Positions 29,099 to 40,074 of a stretch of DNA of 64,000 bases are shown one piece after another. The translations under genes and the position numbers were made by a program. This DNA is from Candidatus Omnitrophota bacterium (GTDB taxonomy: Bacteria; Omnitrophota; Gorgyraeia; Zapsychrales; Zapsychraceae). The notes beneath the pieces were generated by a model. The model ran no database searches. It worked only from the letters and a program-made list of their open reading frames with translations, and had not been told where the DNA came from. The DNA is taken from contig DAOWGP010000034.1 of the NCBI GenBank assembly GCA_030637405.1, positions 1,358-65,357 on the forward strand, written 5' to 3'. Position 1 is the first letter of the stretch. The number at the start of each line of letters is the position of its first letter.

Positions 29099-31566
29099 AA
29101 TGTCTGGACGATCGATTCTACTTCATAGGCTTCAATAATATCGCCTTGTTTATATTTATCAAAGCCATTTATTGTAACACCGCACTCCATCCCTTCCGAA
29201 ACATCCTTCACGTCATCTTTGAACCGCTTAAGCGACCCAATAGCCCCCGAGAAAATAATTTCCCCATCGCGGATAATATCCGCCTTGGCCTTCCGGTGAA
29301 CTTTTCCTTTTTGAACATAGCACCCTGCCACAATACCCTGCTTTGAAAGCTTGAATACTTCTCGAATTTCGATGCGGCTTAAGAAGTTTTTCTTGATCTT
29401 CGCTTCCAGAAGGCCTTCAAGCGCTTTTTTCATATCGTTAACCGCATCATAAATGATCCGGTATTCGCGGACATCGACAAGTTCTTTCTCGATCTCTTCT
29501 TTAGCTCTTAGATCAACTCCAACGTGAAAAGCAATAACGATCGCATTAGAAGCAACCGCCAAAAGCACATCTGAAGCGTTGACATCTCCAACAGCCGAAT
29601 GAATAAATTTTACTTTCACCTTATCACTCGGGATCTTTTCCAAAGAATCCTTCAGCGCCTCGAGTGATCCCTGGACATCAGTTTTTAAGATAACATTGAG
29701 CTCTTTAATGGCGCCTTCTTGCAATTGCGAATGCAGGTCCTCAAGCGTGATTCTGGGTGTAGCCCGTAATTTCTTATTCTTGATCTGGTCCTGACGTCTT
29801 TGCGTTATTTCTCTGGCCTGCTTTTCATCTTCAACAGCATAAAATAATTCACCGGCCTCCGGCACATTGGAAAGCCCAAGCATTTCTACCGGCATTGAAG
29901 GCCCGGCTCCTTTGATCAAACAGCCATGATCATCGAACATTGCGCGGATCTTCCCGTAAAACGGCCCTAAGACAACGATATCCCCTTCGTTGAGGGTTCC
30001 GCTTTGAATGATCAATGTTGTCACAGCGCCCTTGCCGTGACTTAAATGGGCTTCAACAACTATCCCTGATGCTTTCTTCTGGTCATTCGCCTTCAGTTCA
30101 AGCATTTCAGCCTCGAGAAGGATCAATTCAAGTAATTCGTCAACACCCTCACCGGTCACACCAGAAACCCCAGCAACAACTGTTTTACCACCCCAATCCT
30201 CAGACATTAGATCATGCTCTGAAAGTTGCTTTTTCACACGGTCCGAATCAGCATTTTTCTTATCCATTTTTGTTAAGGCCACAACAATAGGAACCTCAGC
30301 CGCGCGGGCATGATCGATCGCCTCCATAGTCTGGGGCATAAGCCCCTCATCGGCGGCAACAACCAAAACAACAATATCCGTAATATGCGCGCCTCGGGCA
30401 CGCATTGCGGTAAAAGCTTCGTGTCCCGGCGTATCAAGAAATGTAATACGTCCCTTTGGAACAGAAACCGAATAGGCTCCCATATGCTGCGTAATCCCGC
30501 CGTGCTCTCCGTCAGCAACCTTGCTTTTACGTATTTGATCTAAAAGCGTTGTCTTTCCATGATCAACGTGTCCCATAAAAGTAACTACGGGAGCTCTGGC
30601 CTTCAAAAGGCTTTCATCTTCCTCTTCTTTCTTATGGGTTTCAATAAGCTGCTGCTCTTGGGTTCGGATCTTCGCTAAATTAAAGCCAAAATCCTGCACA
30701 ATACGGCTAACAATATCCGCATCAAGAGCTTGATTGATATGACAAAAAGCTCCCATCTTCATCAAGTGCTTAAGCAAAACACTTGGCTTCTTCTGGAGTT
30801 TAACACTGAGATCTTTAACTGTAATCGGAACTTGAATTTCGATATCAGGCAAAGATTCATCACGTGAAACTTCTTTTACCGCTTCAGTAACAACTGGAGC
30901 TTCCTGCTCGGCTATCCCCGGAATACCATTTGAAGAAAGAGATGCTTTAACGTCATCTTTCTTTTCTGAAACAGCAGAAGTTCCCGTTTCACTTTTTGCC
31001 GCTAGAGAAGGTTTTTTGCGTTTTCGAGCCAGAGGTTTAAGCGTAATAACCGGCGATTTACTGATCTTCGGATGCGGTTTGAAAATATCCTTGCTAGACA
31101 CCCTTTTTACGATTGTTTTCTTCTTTACAGTTGTTCCTTTTTCTGTTGTTCTTACAGGTTTTGAAACAACTTTTTTCGTCTTGGGTTTACCTTTTACCTC
31201 TTTATCTTCAACAGCCTTTTTCTTCGTTTCTGCCGCCTTCTTTGTCTTCATCGCTGAAACCGGCTTTGCCTTGACAGACTTTTTTGTCGTTGCCGTTTTT
31301 TTCGCAACCTTCTTCTTTGCCTCACCTGTCATTTTTTTCTTTGTTTTCTTCGCAGATGCCTCTGCTTCGGCAGGCTTACCTACCGTTGTTCCTTTTTTTT
31401 GGGGCGTTTCTTTTTTACTTGTCTTGAGCTCGCTTTTGATAACAGAAACAACTGCCGCGCTAAGAACCTGCTCGCTATCCTTCGCTTTAAGTTTTAGAGA
31501 CCGTAATGCTTTAAGAACGGCATCACTGGTTATATTAAGATCTTTTGCTAGTTCTGATACTTTCAT
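29095..31566 (-). CDS. infB: Translation initiation factor IF-2
   Basis: Low-complexity K/A/T-rich N-domain; G domain [21 protein letters not shown]. Confidence 0.95.
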   Translation of the reverse strand: MKVSELAKDLNITSDAVLKALRSLKLKAKDSEQVLSAAVVSVIKSELKTSKKETPQKKGTTVGKPAEAEASAKKTKKKMTGEAKKKVAKKTATTKKSVKAKPVSAMKTKKAAETKKKAVEDKEVKGKPKTKKVVSKPVRTTEKGTTVKKKTIVKRVSSKDIFKPHPKISKSPVITLKPLARKRKKPSLAAKSETGTSAVSEKKDDVKASLSSNGIPGIAEQEAPVVTEAVKEVSRDESLPDIEIQVPITVKDLSVKLQKKPSVLLKHLMKMGAFCHINQALDADIVSRIVQDFGFNLAKIRTQEQQLIETHKKEEEDESLLKARAPVVTFMGHVDHGKTTLLDQIRKSKVADGEHGGITQHMGAYSVSVPKGRITFLDTPGHEAFTAMRARGAHITDIVVLVVAADEGLMPQTMEAIDHARAAEVPIVVALTKMDKKNADSDRVKKQLSEHDLMSEDWGGKTVVAGVSGVTGEGVDELLELILLEAEMLELKANDQKKASGIVVEAHLSHGKGAVTTLIIQSGTLNEGDIVVLGPFYGKIRAMFDDHGCLIKGAGPSMPVEMLGLSNVPEAGELFYAVEDEKQAREITQRRQDQIKNKKLRATPRITLEDLHSQLQEGAIKELNVILKTDVQGSLEALKDSLEKIPSDKVKVKFIHSAVGDVNASDVLLAVASNAIVIAFHVGVDLRAKEEIEKELVDVREYRIIYDAVNDMKKALEGLLEAKIKKNFLSRIEIREVFKLSKQGIVAGCYVQKGKVHRKAKADIIRDGEIIFSGAIGSLKRFKDDVKDVSEGMECGVTINGFDKYKQGDIIEAYEVESIVQTL

Positions 31567-31572
31567 AAATTC

Positions 31573-32745
31573 CTATCCTTTAAGTAATGCTTTTGCCTCT
31601 TTGATCATCTTTTTGACTTTCACCTTACCAAAACCCTTTATTTGGATTAAATCATCCACACTGGCTTCAGCGATCTTCTCCAGCATATCGAACCCTGCTT
31701 CGGTCAATTGGGCGATAGCCTTCTCTCCAACACCGGAAAGATCAGCAATAGAAACTTCTTCCTCAGATTCTTCATCAGGCACTTCCTCTTCCTGAAGCTC
31801 TTTCCATTGTTCAAACGAGAATAAATTCAATTCCCATTCGACCAATTGGCTGGCTAAACGCACATTTTGCCCATGTTTGCCGATCGCCAAAGATAGCTGA
31901 TCATCGGCAACAATGATATTGGCTTTTTTATCATCATAATCAAGCTGGATCTGTGATATTTCGGCCGGAGAAAGCGCCGCTTGAATGTATTCTTTAATAT
32001 CCGATGCAAAACGGACAATATCAATCTTCTCTCCTTGAAGTTCTGAGACGATATTCTTAACGCGGGAACCACGCATTCCGACACATGCCCCCACGCAATC
32101 CACTTTTTCATCTTTTGAATAAACAGCGATCTTTGTCCTCTCGCCGACATCCCTGGAAATCGCCTTGATCTCAACGATCCCCTCAAAGATCTCAGGAACT
32201 TCTAATTGGAACAGACGTTTTATAAAATTAGGATGGGCTCTTGATAACATGATTTGTGGACCTCGATTTTCGCGCCGCACATCTAAAACATAAGCCCGAA
32301 TACGGTCTCCCTGCCGAAATTCTTCTTTTGAAGACTGTTCCTTTTTGGGAATATAAGCTTCAGTCTTTCCAAGGTCAACAATGATACTTCCCTTCTCGAA
32401 GCGATAAACGGCTCCGCTGATGATTTCTCCAATCCTTTCTTGATATTCACTAAACACAACATCTTTCTCGGCCTCGCGGATTCGCTGAATAACAACTTGC
32501 TTGGCCGTTTGGGCTGCGATACGCCCAAATTCACTCGAGCGGATCTCCTCATTGCCGGCATACGCAGTCAGCTTTCCAGTCTTGGTATCCAAAACAGCAC
32601 GGATATCTTCCTCTTTATCAACCGTCCATAACTTCCTGGCAGCCGATGCAACCGCCGCCTCAACAGCCTCTATGAGAATTTCTTTTTTGATGCCCTTATC
32701 ACGCTCCAACTGTTCGAGAATTCCTAATAATTCAACGCTTTCCAT
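31573..32745 (-). CDS. nusA: Transcription termination/antitermination factor NusA
   Basis: N-terminal domain, S1 and KH domains; 390 aa; between rimP and infB. Confidence 0.92.
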   Translation of the reverse strand: MESVELLGILEQLERDKGIKKEILIEAVEAAVASAARKLWTVDKEEDIRAVLDTKTGKLTAYAGNEEIRSSEFGRIAAQTAKQVVIQRIREAEKDVVFSEYQERIGEIISGAVYRFEKGSIIVDLGKTEAYIPKKEQSSKEEFRQGDRIRAYVLDVRRENRGPQIMLSRAHPNFIKRLFQLEVPEIFEGIVEIKAISRDVGERTKIAVYSKDEKVDCVGACVGMRGSRVKNIVSELQGEKIDIVRFASDIKEYIQAALSPAEISQIQLDYDDKKANIIVADDQLSLAIGKHGQNVRLASQLVEWELNLFSFEQWKELQEEEVPDEESEEEVSIADLSGVGEKAIAQLTEAGFDMLEKIAEASVDDLIQIKGFGKVKVKKMIKEAKALLKG

Positions 32746-32766
32746 AACCTCTTCCTTCCTTTATTT

Positions 32767-33222
32767 CTATTCGATCACCTGCACCGCTTTAGAAATAGAC
32801 CCTAACGGTACTGTGATGGTTTTATCGTTCGTTTTAATCAAAATTTTATCTTCATTCACTTCAACCACCTCGCCAAGATGCTCGACCTTTCCCTCAAGCG
32901 CATCCAAAAGATGAAACCTTACTTCCCGCCCTAATACCCGCAAAAAATCCTTTGATGTTTTAAGCGCCCTGTCCAATCCTGGAGACGATACTTCAACAAC
33001 ATAATTTCCGTCAAACCATTGCCTTTTTTCTATTTCACGATCAACTTTTTTGTTAATGAACGTGCATTCGCCAATAGTAATCCCACCAGGCCGGTCCGCA
33101 GCAATATCGATCACAACAGTATTCCCACGCTGCTTCACGTTTAATTCAACAATCTCTGCGGATAACTCTTCAATATATGGCATTATAAGAGCTTCAATCT
33201 GTTCTGTCAATTTATCCTGCAT
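32767..33222 (-). CDS. rimP: Ribosome maturation factor RimP
   Basis: 151 aa, conserved position upstream of nusA; VVEVSSPGLDRAL-like motif. Confidence 0.85.
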   Translation of the reverse strand: MQDKLTEQIEALIMPYIEELSAEIVELNVKQRGNTVVIDIAADRPGGITIGECTFINKKVDREIEKRQWFDGNYVVEVSSPGLDRALKTSKDFLRVLGREVRFHLLDALEGKVEHLGEVVEVNEDKILIKTNDKTITVPLGSISKAVQVIE

Positions 33223-34487
33223 ACCGATCCTGTCATCTCTGAGACTTTTTTCTTCACCTGGCCCTTTTCGGCCAGTATCACTTCGTTAGTCTCGCGGTCC
33301 TTGATCTCAACTTTACCCTCAGCAAGATTCCGCTTGCCAATCGTTATCCGGACCGGGATACCGATGAGATCAGCGTCATTGAACTTCCTTCCCGCCGTTT
33401 CTTCCCGGTCATCAACGAGGACCTCCAGGCCCTGCGCCGTTAAGTCCGCATAATACCGATCTGTAAGATCCTTGATTTCCTTATCCTCCTTGGATCCTTG
33501 TATCGGCAAGATCTCCACATCAAAAGGAGCGACCTGACGCGGCCATATAATCCCTTTATCATCATTATGCTTTTCAATGATCGCCGCAATCACCCGGCTA
33601 ACACCAATCCCATAACATCCCATAATGATCGGCTTCTGTTTTCCATCCTCATCAAGGAATTGCGCCCCTTGAGCCTGGCTATATTTCGTTCCCAATTGAA
33701 AGATGTGGCCTAATTCAATGGCGACCTGCGCTGTGAGATTTCCCTTTTTACATTTCGGACACGGTTTACCCTCCGCATTTTCTTCGCTCGCGCCCGCTTG
33801 AAAGCCACATGCGCTACAACTCACGACCGTATCTTCACCGATAGAAGCCGGGACCATAAATTCATGTGACACATCTCCGCCCATCGCCCCGGAATCAGCC
33901 TCTAAAATAACGGTTTTTAAACCACACCGCTGAAAAACATTTTTGTATGCCCCGTACATCAAGTCATAATTTTTCGCAAGCCCCTTCTTATCACGGTCAA
34001 AACTATACGCATCCTTCATAATAAATTCACAGGCCCGAACAATACCGAAACGTGCGCGTAATTCATCGCGGAATTTCGTTTGTATCTGATAGAGAACAAC
34101 CGGAAGCTGACGGTAAGACTGGATAAAATCTTTAACTAAATTCGTGATCACTTCTTCATGGGTCGGGCCTAAACACATTGGACGCTTACGATTATCTTCA
34201 AACTTGATCATAACATCCGCTAACACTTCATCACGCCCGGTTTGTTTCCAGAGATCAATCGGATGCAAGCATGGCAGAAAAAGTTCATTGGCGCCGATGG
34301 CATTCATTTCTTCACGGATTATGTCCTCGATACGTTTAAGAACTCTTAAACCCAGCGGAAGGTATGAATAAACACCCGAAGTAAGCATGTGCACCAGTCC
34401 CGCACGTAACAAAAGTTGGTGGCTGACCGCTTCTGTCCCAATTGGCGTTTCTTTGAGTGTCGGTATAAAATAATTTGACCATTTCAT
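33207..34487 (-). CDS. proS: Prolyl-tRNA synthetase, bacterial-type catalytic core, with a Cys4 insert in place of the INS editing domain
   Basis: Bacterial ProS N-terminus, class II motifs 2 and 3 (FRDE...EFIMKDAYSF; GCYGIGVSR). Only 426 aa, and CSACG...CPKC lies between motifs 2 and 3. Confidence 0.88.
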   Translation of the reverse strand: MKWSNYFIPTLKETPIGTEAVSHQLLLRAGLVHMLTSGVYSYLPLGLRVLKRIEDIIREEMNAIGANELFLPCLHPIDLWKQTGRDEVLADVMIKFEDNRKRPMCLGPTHEEVITNLVKDFIQSYRQLPVVLYQIQTKFRDELRARFGIVRACEFIMKDAYSFDRDKKGLAKNYDLMYGAYKNVFQRCGLKTVILEADSGAMGGDVSHEFMVPASIGEDTVVSCSACGFQAGASEENAEGKPCPKCKKGNLTAQVAIELGHIFQLGTKYSQAQGAQFLDEDGKQKPIIMGCYGIGVSRVIAAIIEKHNDDKGIIWPRQVAPFDVEILPIQGSKEDKEIKDLTDRYYADLTAQGLEVLVDDREETAGRKFNDADLIGIPVRITIGKRNLAEGKVEIKDRETNEVILAEKGQVKKKVSEMTGSVCRIN

Positions 34488-34499
34488 ATCGATAATATC

Positions 34500-35768
34500 C
34501 TATTCATTAAAAAATCCCTCTGGCAATTTAACCATGCGTTTGTGGAATTTTTGCATGCAGGAAGGCTGTTTCTTATCCATAACCCATTCTCCAAGAATTT
34601 CACCCGCCTCGCTCATCCCGCTTTGCTTAAACTGAAAGATGTCATTTATAACAATCTTGTCAGTCGCATTGTCAAAATAGACATCGGAAACAGCTGTCAC
34701 GCGACGAACTCCGTCCATAAATAATTCCACGTGGACAATAAGATCAATTGATTTTGCAATAATCTTCTGGATTTCAAGAGTCTCAAGCTGAATGCCGGTC
34801 ATCAGCATGATCGTAAGCATACGGTTAAAACAATCTTCTGTCGTCTCCGAGTGAACAATCGCCAATGAACCGCTATGCCCGCTGCTAATAGACTGAATCA
34901 GATCGAGCAATTCCTCACCACGAATTTCACCGATAATGACACGGTCTGGACGCATTCGCAGAGAATTGACAAAAAGCTCCCGCATTGAAATTTCCCCTTT
35001 CCCTTCGATATTTGCGGGTTTCGATGCCAGACTAACCACATGGTCCTGAACCAAACGTAATTCGGGGGTATCTTCAATTGTAATAATACGCTCATGAGAA
35101 GGAATGTGGCGTGAAAACACATTGAGCAGCGTTGTTTTACCTGCACCTGTTGAACCGCAAAAAATAACGTTACATTTTACTTTCATCGCCGCAATCAGCA
35201 AAGTCGCGATCTTTTTATCAAGCGTTTTCAGTCCCAACAGATCATCCACGGCTGCAATCTCGTCACTAAATTTTCGAATCGTCATAATCGGCCCCATTAG
35301 CGAGCAAGGCGGAAGAATAATATTAACCCGCGCTCCATCTTCTAATGAAAAATCGACATAAGGCGAAGATTCATCGACGCGTTTATTTGATCCGGATCCG
35401 GCTAGGATTTTCTGAACAGTATGAAAAAGTTCAGGATTGCTCTCAAACTTTATATCCGATTTGTAGATGCGTCCTTCACGTTGTATATAAACTTGTTTGG
35501 CCCCGTTGACCATAATTTCTGAAATGGTGGGGTCCTCCATGAGAGGCCGCAGAGGCCCCATGCTTATCGCCGCGCTGACAAGCGTGCGGATAATTTCACT
35601 GCGCTCCTCAAGATCTAATTGAACATGATGCCTGTAACAGAAATCAGAAATAGATTGATTGACAAAATTTCTTAACTGATCTTCGTTCATGGTATCTTTA
35701 ACTTTAAGGAAATCCGTTTCCTTAATAAGATACCGGTTCATCCTCTCTCTTAAATCTTCTTCGCTCAT
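34500..35768 (-). CDS. CpaF/TadA-like (type II/IV secretion family) ATPase, orphan
   Basis: Walker A FCGSTGAGKTTLLN, IEDTPEL, His box; 422 aa. No other Tad/pilus genes in this window. Confidence 0.8.
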   Translation of the reverse strand: MSEEDLRERMNRYLIKETDFLKVKDTMNEDQLRNFVNQSISDFCYRHHVQLDLEERSEIIRTLVSAAISMGPLRPLMEDPTISEIMVNGAKQVYIQREGRIYKSDIKFESNPELFHTVQKILAGSGSNKRVDESSPYVDFSLEDGARVNIILPPCSLMGPIMTIRKFSDEIAAVDDLLGLKTLDKKIATLLIAAMKVKCNVIFCGSTGAGKTTLLNVFSRHIPSHERIITIEDTPELRLVQDHVVSLASKPANIEGKGEISMRELFVNSLRMRPDRVIIGEIRGEELLDLIQSISSGHSGSLAIVHSETTEDCFNRMLTIMLMTGIQLETLEIQKIIAKSIDLIVHVELFMDGVRRVTAVSDVYFDNATDKIVINDIFQFKQSGMSEAGEILGEWVMDKKQPSCMQKFHKRMVKLPEGFFNE

Positions 35769-35807
35769 TTTAGGCCTGCCTTATTATAGGTTAAAATAGA
35801 GACTCGT

Positions 35808-37202
35808 TTACGGGAACATTTTTCTAACTTGAGTAAACCAACCGCTAATGTTATCAATCCAACCAAAACGCGAGAAATCACTGTAAAACACAAACAGCGC
35901 GAGCAAAATGATCAAGCCAAATCCCAAACGGGCAATGTATTCATCAATTTTTGGGGGCAATGGCTTTCCTCTTACTTTCTCGATGCCAAATAAAAAAAGA
36001 TGGCCTCCATCCAAAGGGATTACCGGCAATAAATTGAAAATGGCAAGACTGGCGCTGATCACACCAAGGATAAATAGCAAATGCGATACCCCCTCTTGTG
36101 CCGCACCTTTAACGATATAAAATATTCCGACGGGACCTGTTACAGATTCGCGCGCTGATTTTGACCCAATGACCATCTGATACAGAGACTCGTAAGTTAA
36201 CTGTGTAATGTACACTAACTCTTCACCGGAGTGAACAAGTGAAGCCCAAATTCCAAATTTGTATAGGTCAAGTTCCTGTTGCGGTCCAATACCAATTTTA
36301 CGAATCTTAACTGTCTGCCCATTCTCATCAGTATGCTCATCAATCCTCGGCTTAATAGCCTTTACTAGAATTTGGCCATCACGCACAAGCTTCAATACAA
36401 TCTGTTTTCCTGTCGAATCTGCAACCGCCCCTTTTATATCCGTCCAACTTGTAATTTCTTGATTATCAATTTCAATGATTCTGTCACCGCCTTGTAATCC
36501 CGCGTTTTCTGCAGGAAATTCCTCAACAAGCCCGCCAATAACGTTCGACATATTGTCTATGCCTAAATCACGAATCATTCTAGGCCGCCCAACCAAATTA
36601 GGTTTTTCCGTTATCTCCGGAATAACAGTCAATGTTGTCTCTTTTCCATCACGCAAAACTGTTATTTCAACTCTTTTCGGATTCTCCCCTTCGAGCTTCC
36701 ATTGAAGGTTTAGCCATCCGTGAACTTCTCTGGAGTCAACGGCAATAATTTTATCACCAGCCCGTAAACCGGCCACTTGAGCCGGCCCGCCATCAACGAG
36801 TTCGGCGATCGTTGTTGATTGTCCCGGATAGCCGATCATAAAAACAAAAATGAAACTGATATACGCCAGGAGGAAATTAACAACTGGGCCATTTAAAACG
36901 ACTAGCGATCGATGCCCAATCGGTTTTGAATAAAATTCTCCAGAGGTGCCTTTACACTCCATGCGATCATCCCCTGCCATTTTGACATACCCACCCAGAG
37001 GAATCGCATTGATCATATAGGTTGTTCCATTATAGACCTTGGAAAAAAGCGTGGGACCAAAGCCTAATGCAAATCGCTTGACATCAACACCAAGACGTTT
37101 AGCTGTAATAAAATGTCCCCACTCGTGAACTATGATGAGTACACTTAAAACAGCGACGAATACAACAACACTTTGAATATTTGAAACAACACTTCCGATC
37201 AT
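35808..37202 (-). CDS. rseP: RIP zinc metalloprotease RseP (site-2 protease)
   Basis: HEWGHFITAKR (HExxH), PDZ domains, C-terminal LDGG motif (IPLDGGHL). Confidence 0.92.
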   Translation of the reverse strand: MIGSVVSNIQSVVVFVAVLSVLIIVHEWGHFITAKRLGVDVKRFALGFGPTLFSKVYNGTTYMINAIPLGGYVKMAGDDRMECKGTSGEFYSKPIGHRSLVVLNGPVVNFLLAYISFIFVFMIGYPGQSTTIAELVDGGPAQVAGLRAGDKIIAVDSREVHGWLNLQWKLEGENPKRVEITVLRDGKETTLTVIPEITEKPNLVGRPRMIRDLGIDNMSNVIGGLVEEFPAENAGLQGGDRIIEIDNQEITSWTDIKGAVADSTGKQIVLKLVRDGQILVKAIKPRIDEHTDENGQTVKIRKIGIGPQQELDLYKFGIWASLVHSGEELVYITQLTYESLYQMVIGSKSARESVTGPVGIFYIVKGAAQEGVSHLLFILGVISASLAIFNLLPVIPLDGGHLFLFGIEKVRGKPLPPKIDEYIARLGFGLIILLALFVFYSDFSRFGWIDNISGWFTQVRKMFP

Positions 37203-37207
37203 AATCT

Positions 37208-38362
37208 TTACCTAAAAATGAGCCTTTCCGTTTCCTGCCGGGTCCATTGATCCGTCTCTAATATTTTCTTAAGCGTTGGGTTCTTTATTGTTCTATGCCG
37301 AAGGACAATTTTCTCAACAATCCGGTAAATATCTGAAAACTTGATTTTCTTGTTGAGAAAAGCATCGACGGCTACTTCGTCAGCCGCGTTCAATACACTC
37401 GGCAATGTTCCTCCTCGGCGTCCAACGTGGATCGATAAGGCTAAAGCGGGAAACTTATTTGTATCCGGCTTCTTGAAATTAAACTGTCCTAATTCAAAGA
37501 AATTCGTCGGCTTTAGCCCTGATTCCAATCTCTCCGGATAAGTCAGCGCATATTGGATCGGCAAACGCATGTCCGTTATGCTCAACTGGGCGATAATCGA
37601 ACCGTCTTTGAACTCTGCCATCGAGTGAATGATCGCCTCGGGATGAACAACAACTTGGATCTGGTCTATCGAGAGCTGAAATAAGACTTTCGTTTCGATA
37701 ATTTCAAACCCCTTATTCATCAGCATGGCAGAATCAACCGTGATCTTCTTTCCCATCTTCCAACGCGGATGATTGAGAATCTGATTGACAGACAGATGAT
37801 CAAATCGCGACTTCGGCACATCCAATAAAGCCCCGCCTGAAGCCGTTAAGTGGATCTTTTTAAGTTCACCGCGGTTTCTGCCTTCTAAACATTGAAAGAT
37901 CGCGCTTTGCTCGCTATCAACAGGAATAATCGTCGCTTTATGCCGCTTCGCTTCGCTGATAAGAATATCCCCGGCAATCACCAGAGCTTCTTTGTTAGCC
38001 GGAGCAACTGTTTTTCCAGCACGTATCGCGCTTAAAAATGGACCTAAAGCAGCGCTCCCGCGCATAGCAATAACAACAATATCAACACATTTTAACGCAA
38101 CAAGGCTTTCAAGGTCTTCTTCGACATTTAGAATGCGCGTCTGGCGCGCTCCTAGATGTTTCTTAAGGTATTCGACACCCTTTGTGCTGACGGCAACATG
38201 CGTTGGAGAAAATTTTCTGATCTGCCGTTCAAGCAGCTTAAAGTTATTATACGCTGTCAATCCAACAACTTTAAATTTGTTTGAAAAGCGCTCAATAACT
38301 TTTAAAGTGCTGATCCCAATTGACCCCGTTGATCCGAGGATAACAACTTTTTTAAGCCCCAT
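37208..38362 (-). CDS. dxr: 1-deoxy-D-xylulose 5-phosphate reductoisomerase
   Basis: VVILGSTGSIGISTL N-terminal NADPH motif; 384 aa. Confidence 0.93.
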   Translation of the reverse strand: MGLKKVVILGSTGSIGISTLKVIERFSNKFKVVGLTAYNNFKLLERQIRKFSPTHVAVSTKGVEYLKKHLGARQTRILNVEEDLESLVALKCVDIVVIAMRGSAALGPFLSAIRAGKTVAPANKEALVIAGDILISEAKRHKATIIPVDSEQSAIFQCLEGRNRGELKKIHLTASGGALLDVPKSRFDHLSVNQILNHPRWKMGKKITVDSAMLMNKGFEIIETKVLFQLSIDQIQVVVHPEAIIHSMAEFKDGSIIAQLSITDMRLPIQYALTYPERLESGLKPTNFFELGQFNFKKPDTNKFPALALSIHVGRRGGTLPSVLNAADEVAVDAFLNKKIKFSDIYRIVEKIVLRHRTIKNPTLKKILETDQWTRQETERLIFR

Positions 38363-38365
38363 TTT

Positions 38366-39184
38366 TTATTGCATTAAAACCTGTGCCATATAAAAATAAA
38401 ACGCCGGTGCAGAAAACAAAAGACTGTCGATCGCATCTAAAACACCGCCTAAGGCCGGTAATAATTTTCCTGAGTCTTTAACATTACAATCACGTTTAAT
38501 GAGAGATTCGGACATGTCACCCAGTTGCCCGATCCCGCCAAAAAAGAGACCGATTAAGACGACGTGAGTAAGAGAGAAATTGATTTCAGCCGGGAGCAAA
38601 GACCGTGCAAGTATTGCCGCGACAGCGCTGAAAATAAAACTCCCGATACTCCCTTCAATTGTTTTATTTGGGCTGACTCGCGGTAACAAGGGGTGTTTTC
38701 CAATCTTGCTGCCGACCAATAACGCGCCCATATCCCCGCATTTTGTGATCAAAAGAATGAAACCAAGGAGCTTGATACCCTCTACACCGGGAAGAAGAAC
38801 CCTAATCTTAAGTAAGAAGCTAAAGAACCATGAGACATACAGAACACCGAAAAGTGTTGTTGAAATTCCAACAATCGCGTTGGTATTATCTCTGCGGTTT
38901 AATTGTAGAATAAAGATCAAAAGAAGAACTAGGACGATGAAAAGCAGTTCCCATCTTTTTGTCGGCTCAAACTGGAAAAAAATCGATAAAGGAATCAATA
39001 CCCCTAATATGATTCCGGTATAACTATAGATCGGAATGCCTTTTTTCTTGATCAAATAAAAGAATTCATAAAGCCCGCCAATCGTTAAAGCCAAAATAAC
39101 TAAAATACACACCCATTGGTTCAATACGGCAAAAAGACTTAACAAGATCATAATTATTGAACTTACCAATCGATCCTTACTCAT
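38366..39184 (-). CDS. cdsA: Phosphatidate cytidylyltransferase
   Basis: Polytopic membrane protein with a variant C-terminal CTP-transferase signature (SLIKRDCNVKDSGKLLP...DAIDS); conserved position. Confidence 0.8.
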   Translation of the reverse strand: MSKDRLVSSIIMILLSLFAVLNQWVCILVILALTIGGLYEFFYLIKKKGIPIYSYTGIILGVLIPLSIFFQFEPTKRWELLFIVLVLLLIFILQLNRRDNTNAIVGISTTLFGVLYVSWFFSFLLKIRVLLPGVEGIKLLGFILLITKCGDMGALLVGSKIGKHPLLPRVSPNKTIEGSIGSFIFSAVAAILARSLLPAEINFSLTHVVLIGLFFGGIGQLGDMSESLIKRDCNVKDSGKLLPALGGVLDAIDSLLFSAPAFYFYMAQVLMQ

Positions 39185-39185
39185 T

Positions 39186-39920
39186 CTATTGTTCCTCTGT
39201 AACTAGTTTTCCGAAACGTCTTTCCCGTTTTTGATAATCAAGAATCGCTTTTTTGAATTCTTCTGTATTAAAATCCGGCCAGAGTTTTTTTGTAAAATAA
39301 AATTCCGCATAAGACAGCTGCCATAAAAGAAAATTGCTGATCCGCTGCTCACCAGAAGTTCGAATTAAAAGGTCCGGATCAGGCAGCCCGTTTGTATAAA
39401 GGGACTGGCTTATCGTATCCTCACAAATATCCTCGATATTTAATTGTCCCGATTGAACTGACTTAGCAATGCTTTTAACCGCGTTAATGATCTCGACACG
39501 CGCCCCGTAATTAAACGCTAAATTGACAATCAATCCTGTATTATTTTTTGTTTCATCAATAACTTTCGCGATCGTTTCAAAAAGAGTTTTTGGAACCCTT
39601 TGTTTTTGACCGATCATTCTCAGCTGAATATTATCATTCTTTAACTTCTGGAGTTTCTTATCAAGAACTGCCGTGAGTATATTCATAATAAGTGATACTT
39701 CATTTTCTGGCCGGTCCCAATTCTCAGTTGAGAACGTAAAAAGAGTGACCACTTCAATGCCGATTTCCTGCGCCGCATCAATGATCTCTTCAACGCGCCG
39801 GACACCTTCAATGTGGCCCTTGGCTCTTGGAAGTGATTGCCCCTCTGCCCAACGGCCGTTACCATCCATGATAATGGCAACATGCCTTGGTATTATTGTT
39901 TTATCGATTTGCTCTGACAT
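39186..39920 (-). CDS. uppS: Undecaprenyl pyrophosphate synthase
   Basis: PRHVAIIMDGNGRWA motif; 244 aa. Confidence 0.93.
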   Translation of the reverse strand: MSEQIDKTIIPRHVAIIMDGNGRWAEGQSLPRAKGHIEGVRRVEEIIDAAQEIGIEVVTLFTFSTENWDRPENEVSLIMNILTAVLDKKLQKLKNDNIQLRMIGQKQRVPKTLFETIAKVIDETKNNTGLIVNLAFNYGARVEIINAVKSIAKSVQSGQLNIEDICEDTISQSLYTNGLPDPDLLIRTSGEQRISNFLLWQLSYAEFYFTKKLWPDFNTEEFKKAILDYQKRERRFGKLVTEEQ

Positions 39921-39940
39921 AACTATCGGATTCGCCCCTA

Positions 39941-39973
39941 TGTAAATAAAATGGGGGATTACCCATCCCCCAT
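39941..39973 (-). terminator. Rho-independent terminator-like hairpin downstream of the 40075-40419 gene
   Basis: On the minus strand: atggggga-tgggta-atcccccat (8-bp G-rich stem), followed immediately by ttttattta. Confidence 0.55.
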
Positions 39974-40074
39974 TCGAAAATCATCCAAACCATAAAAGCG
40001 CATTTCTTAATTCATCACATTAATTCCTATTTTCCTCTACAAAGAAAACTAGGGTAGAGCGTTTGAACTAAAAA

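Noticed and set aside
31016-31795. 259-aa plus-strand ORF
   Set aside because: Antisense to the low-complexity K/A/T-rich N-domain of infB. Its composition (F/S/T/A-rich) is the mirror of that repeat. Spurious.
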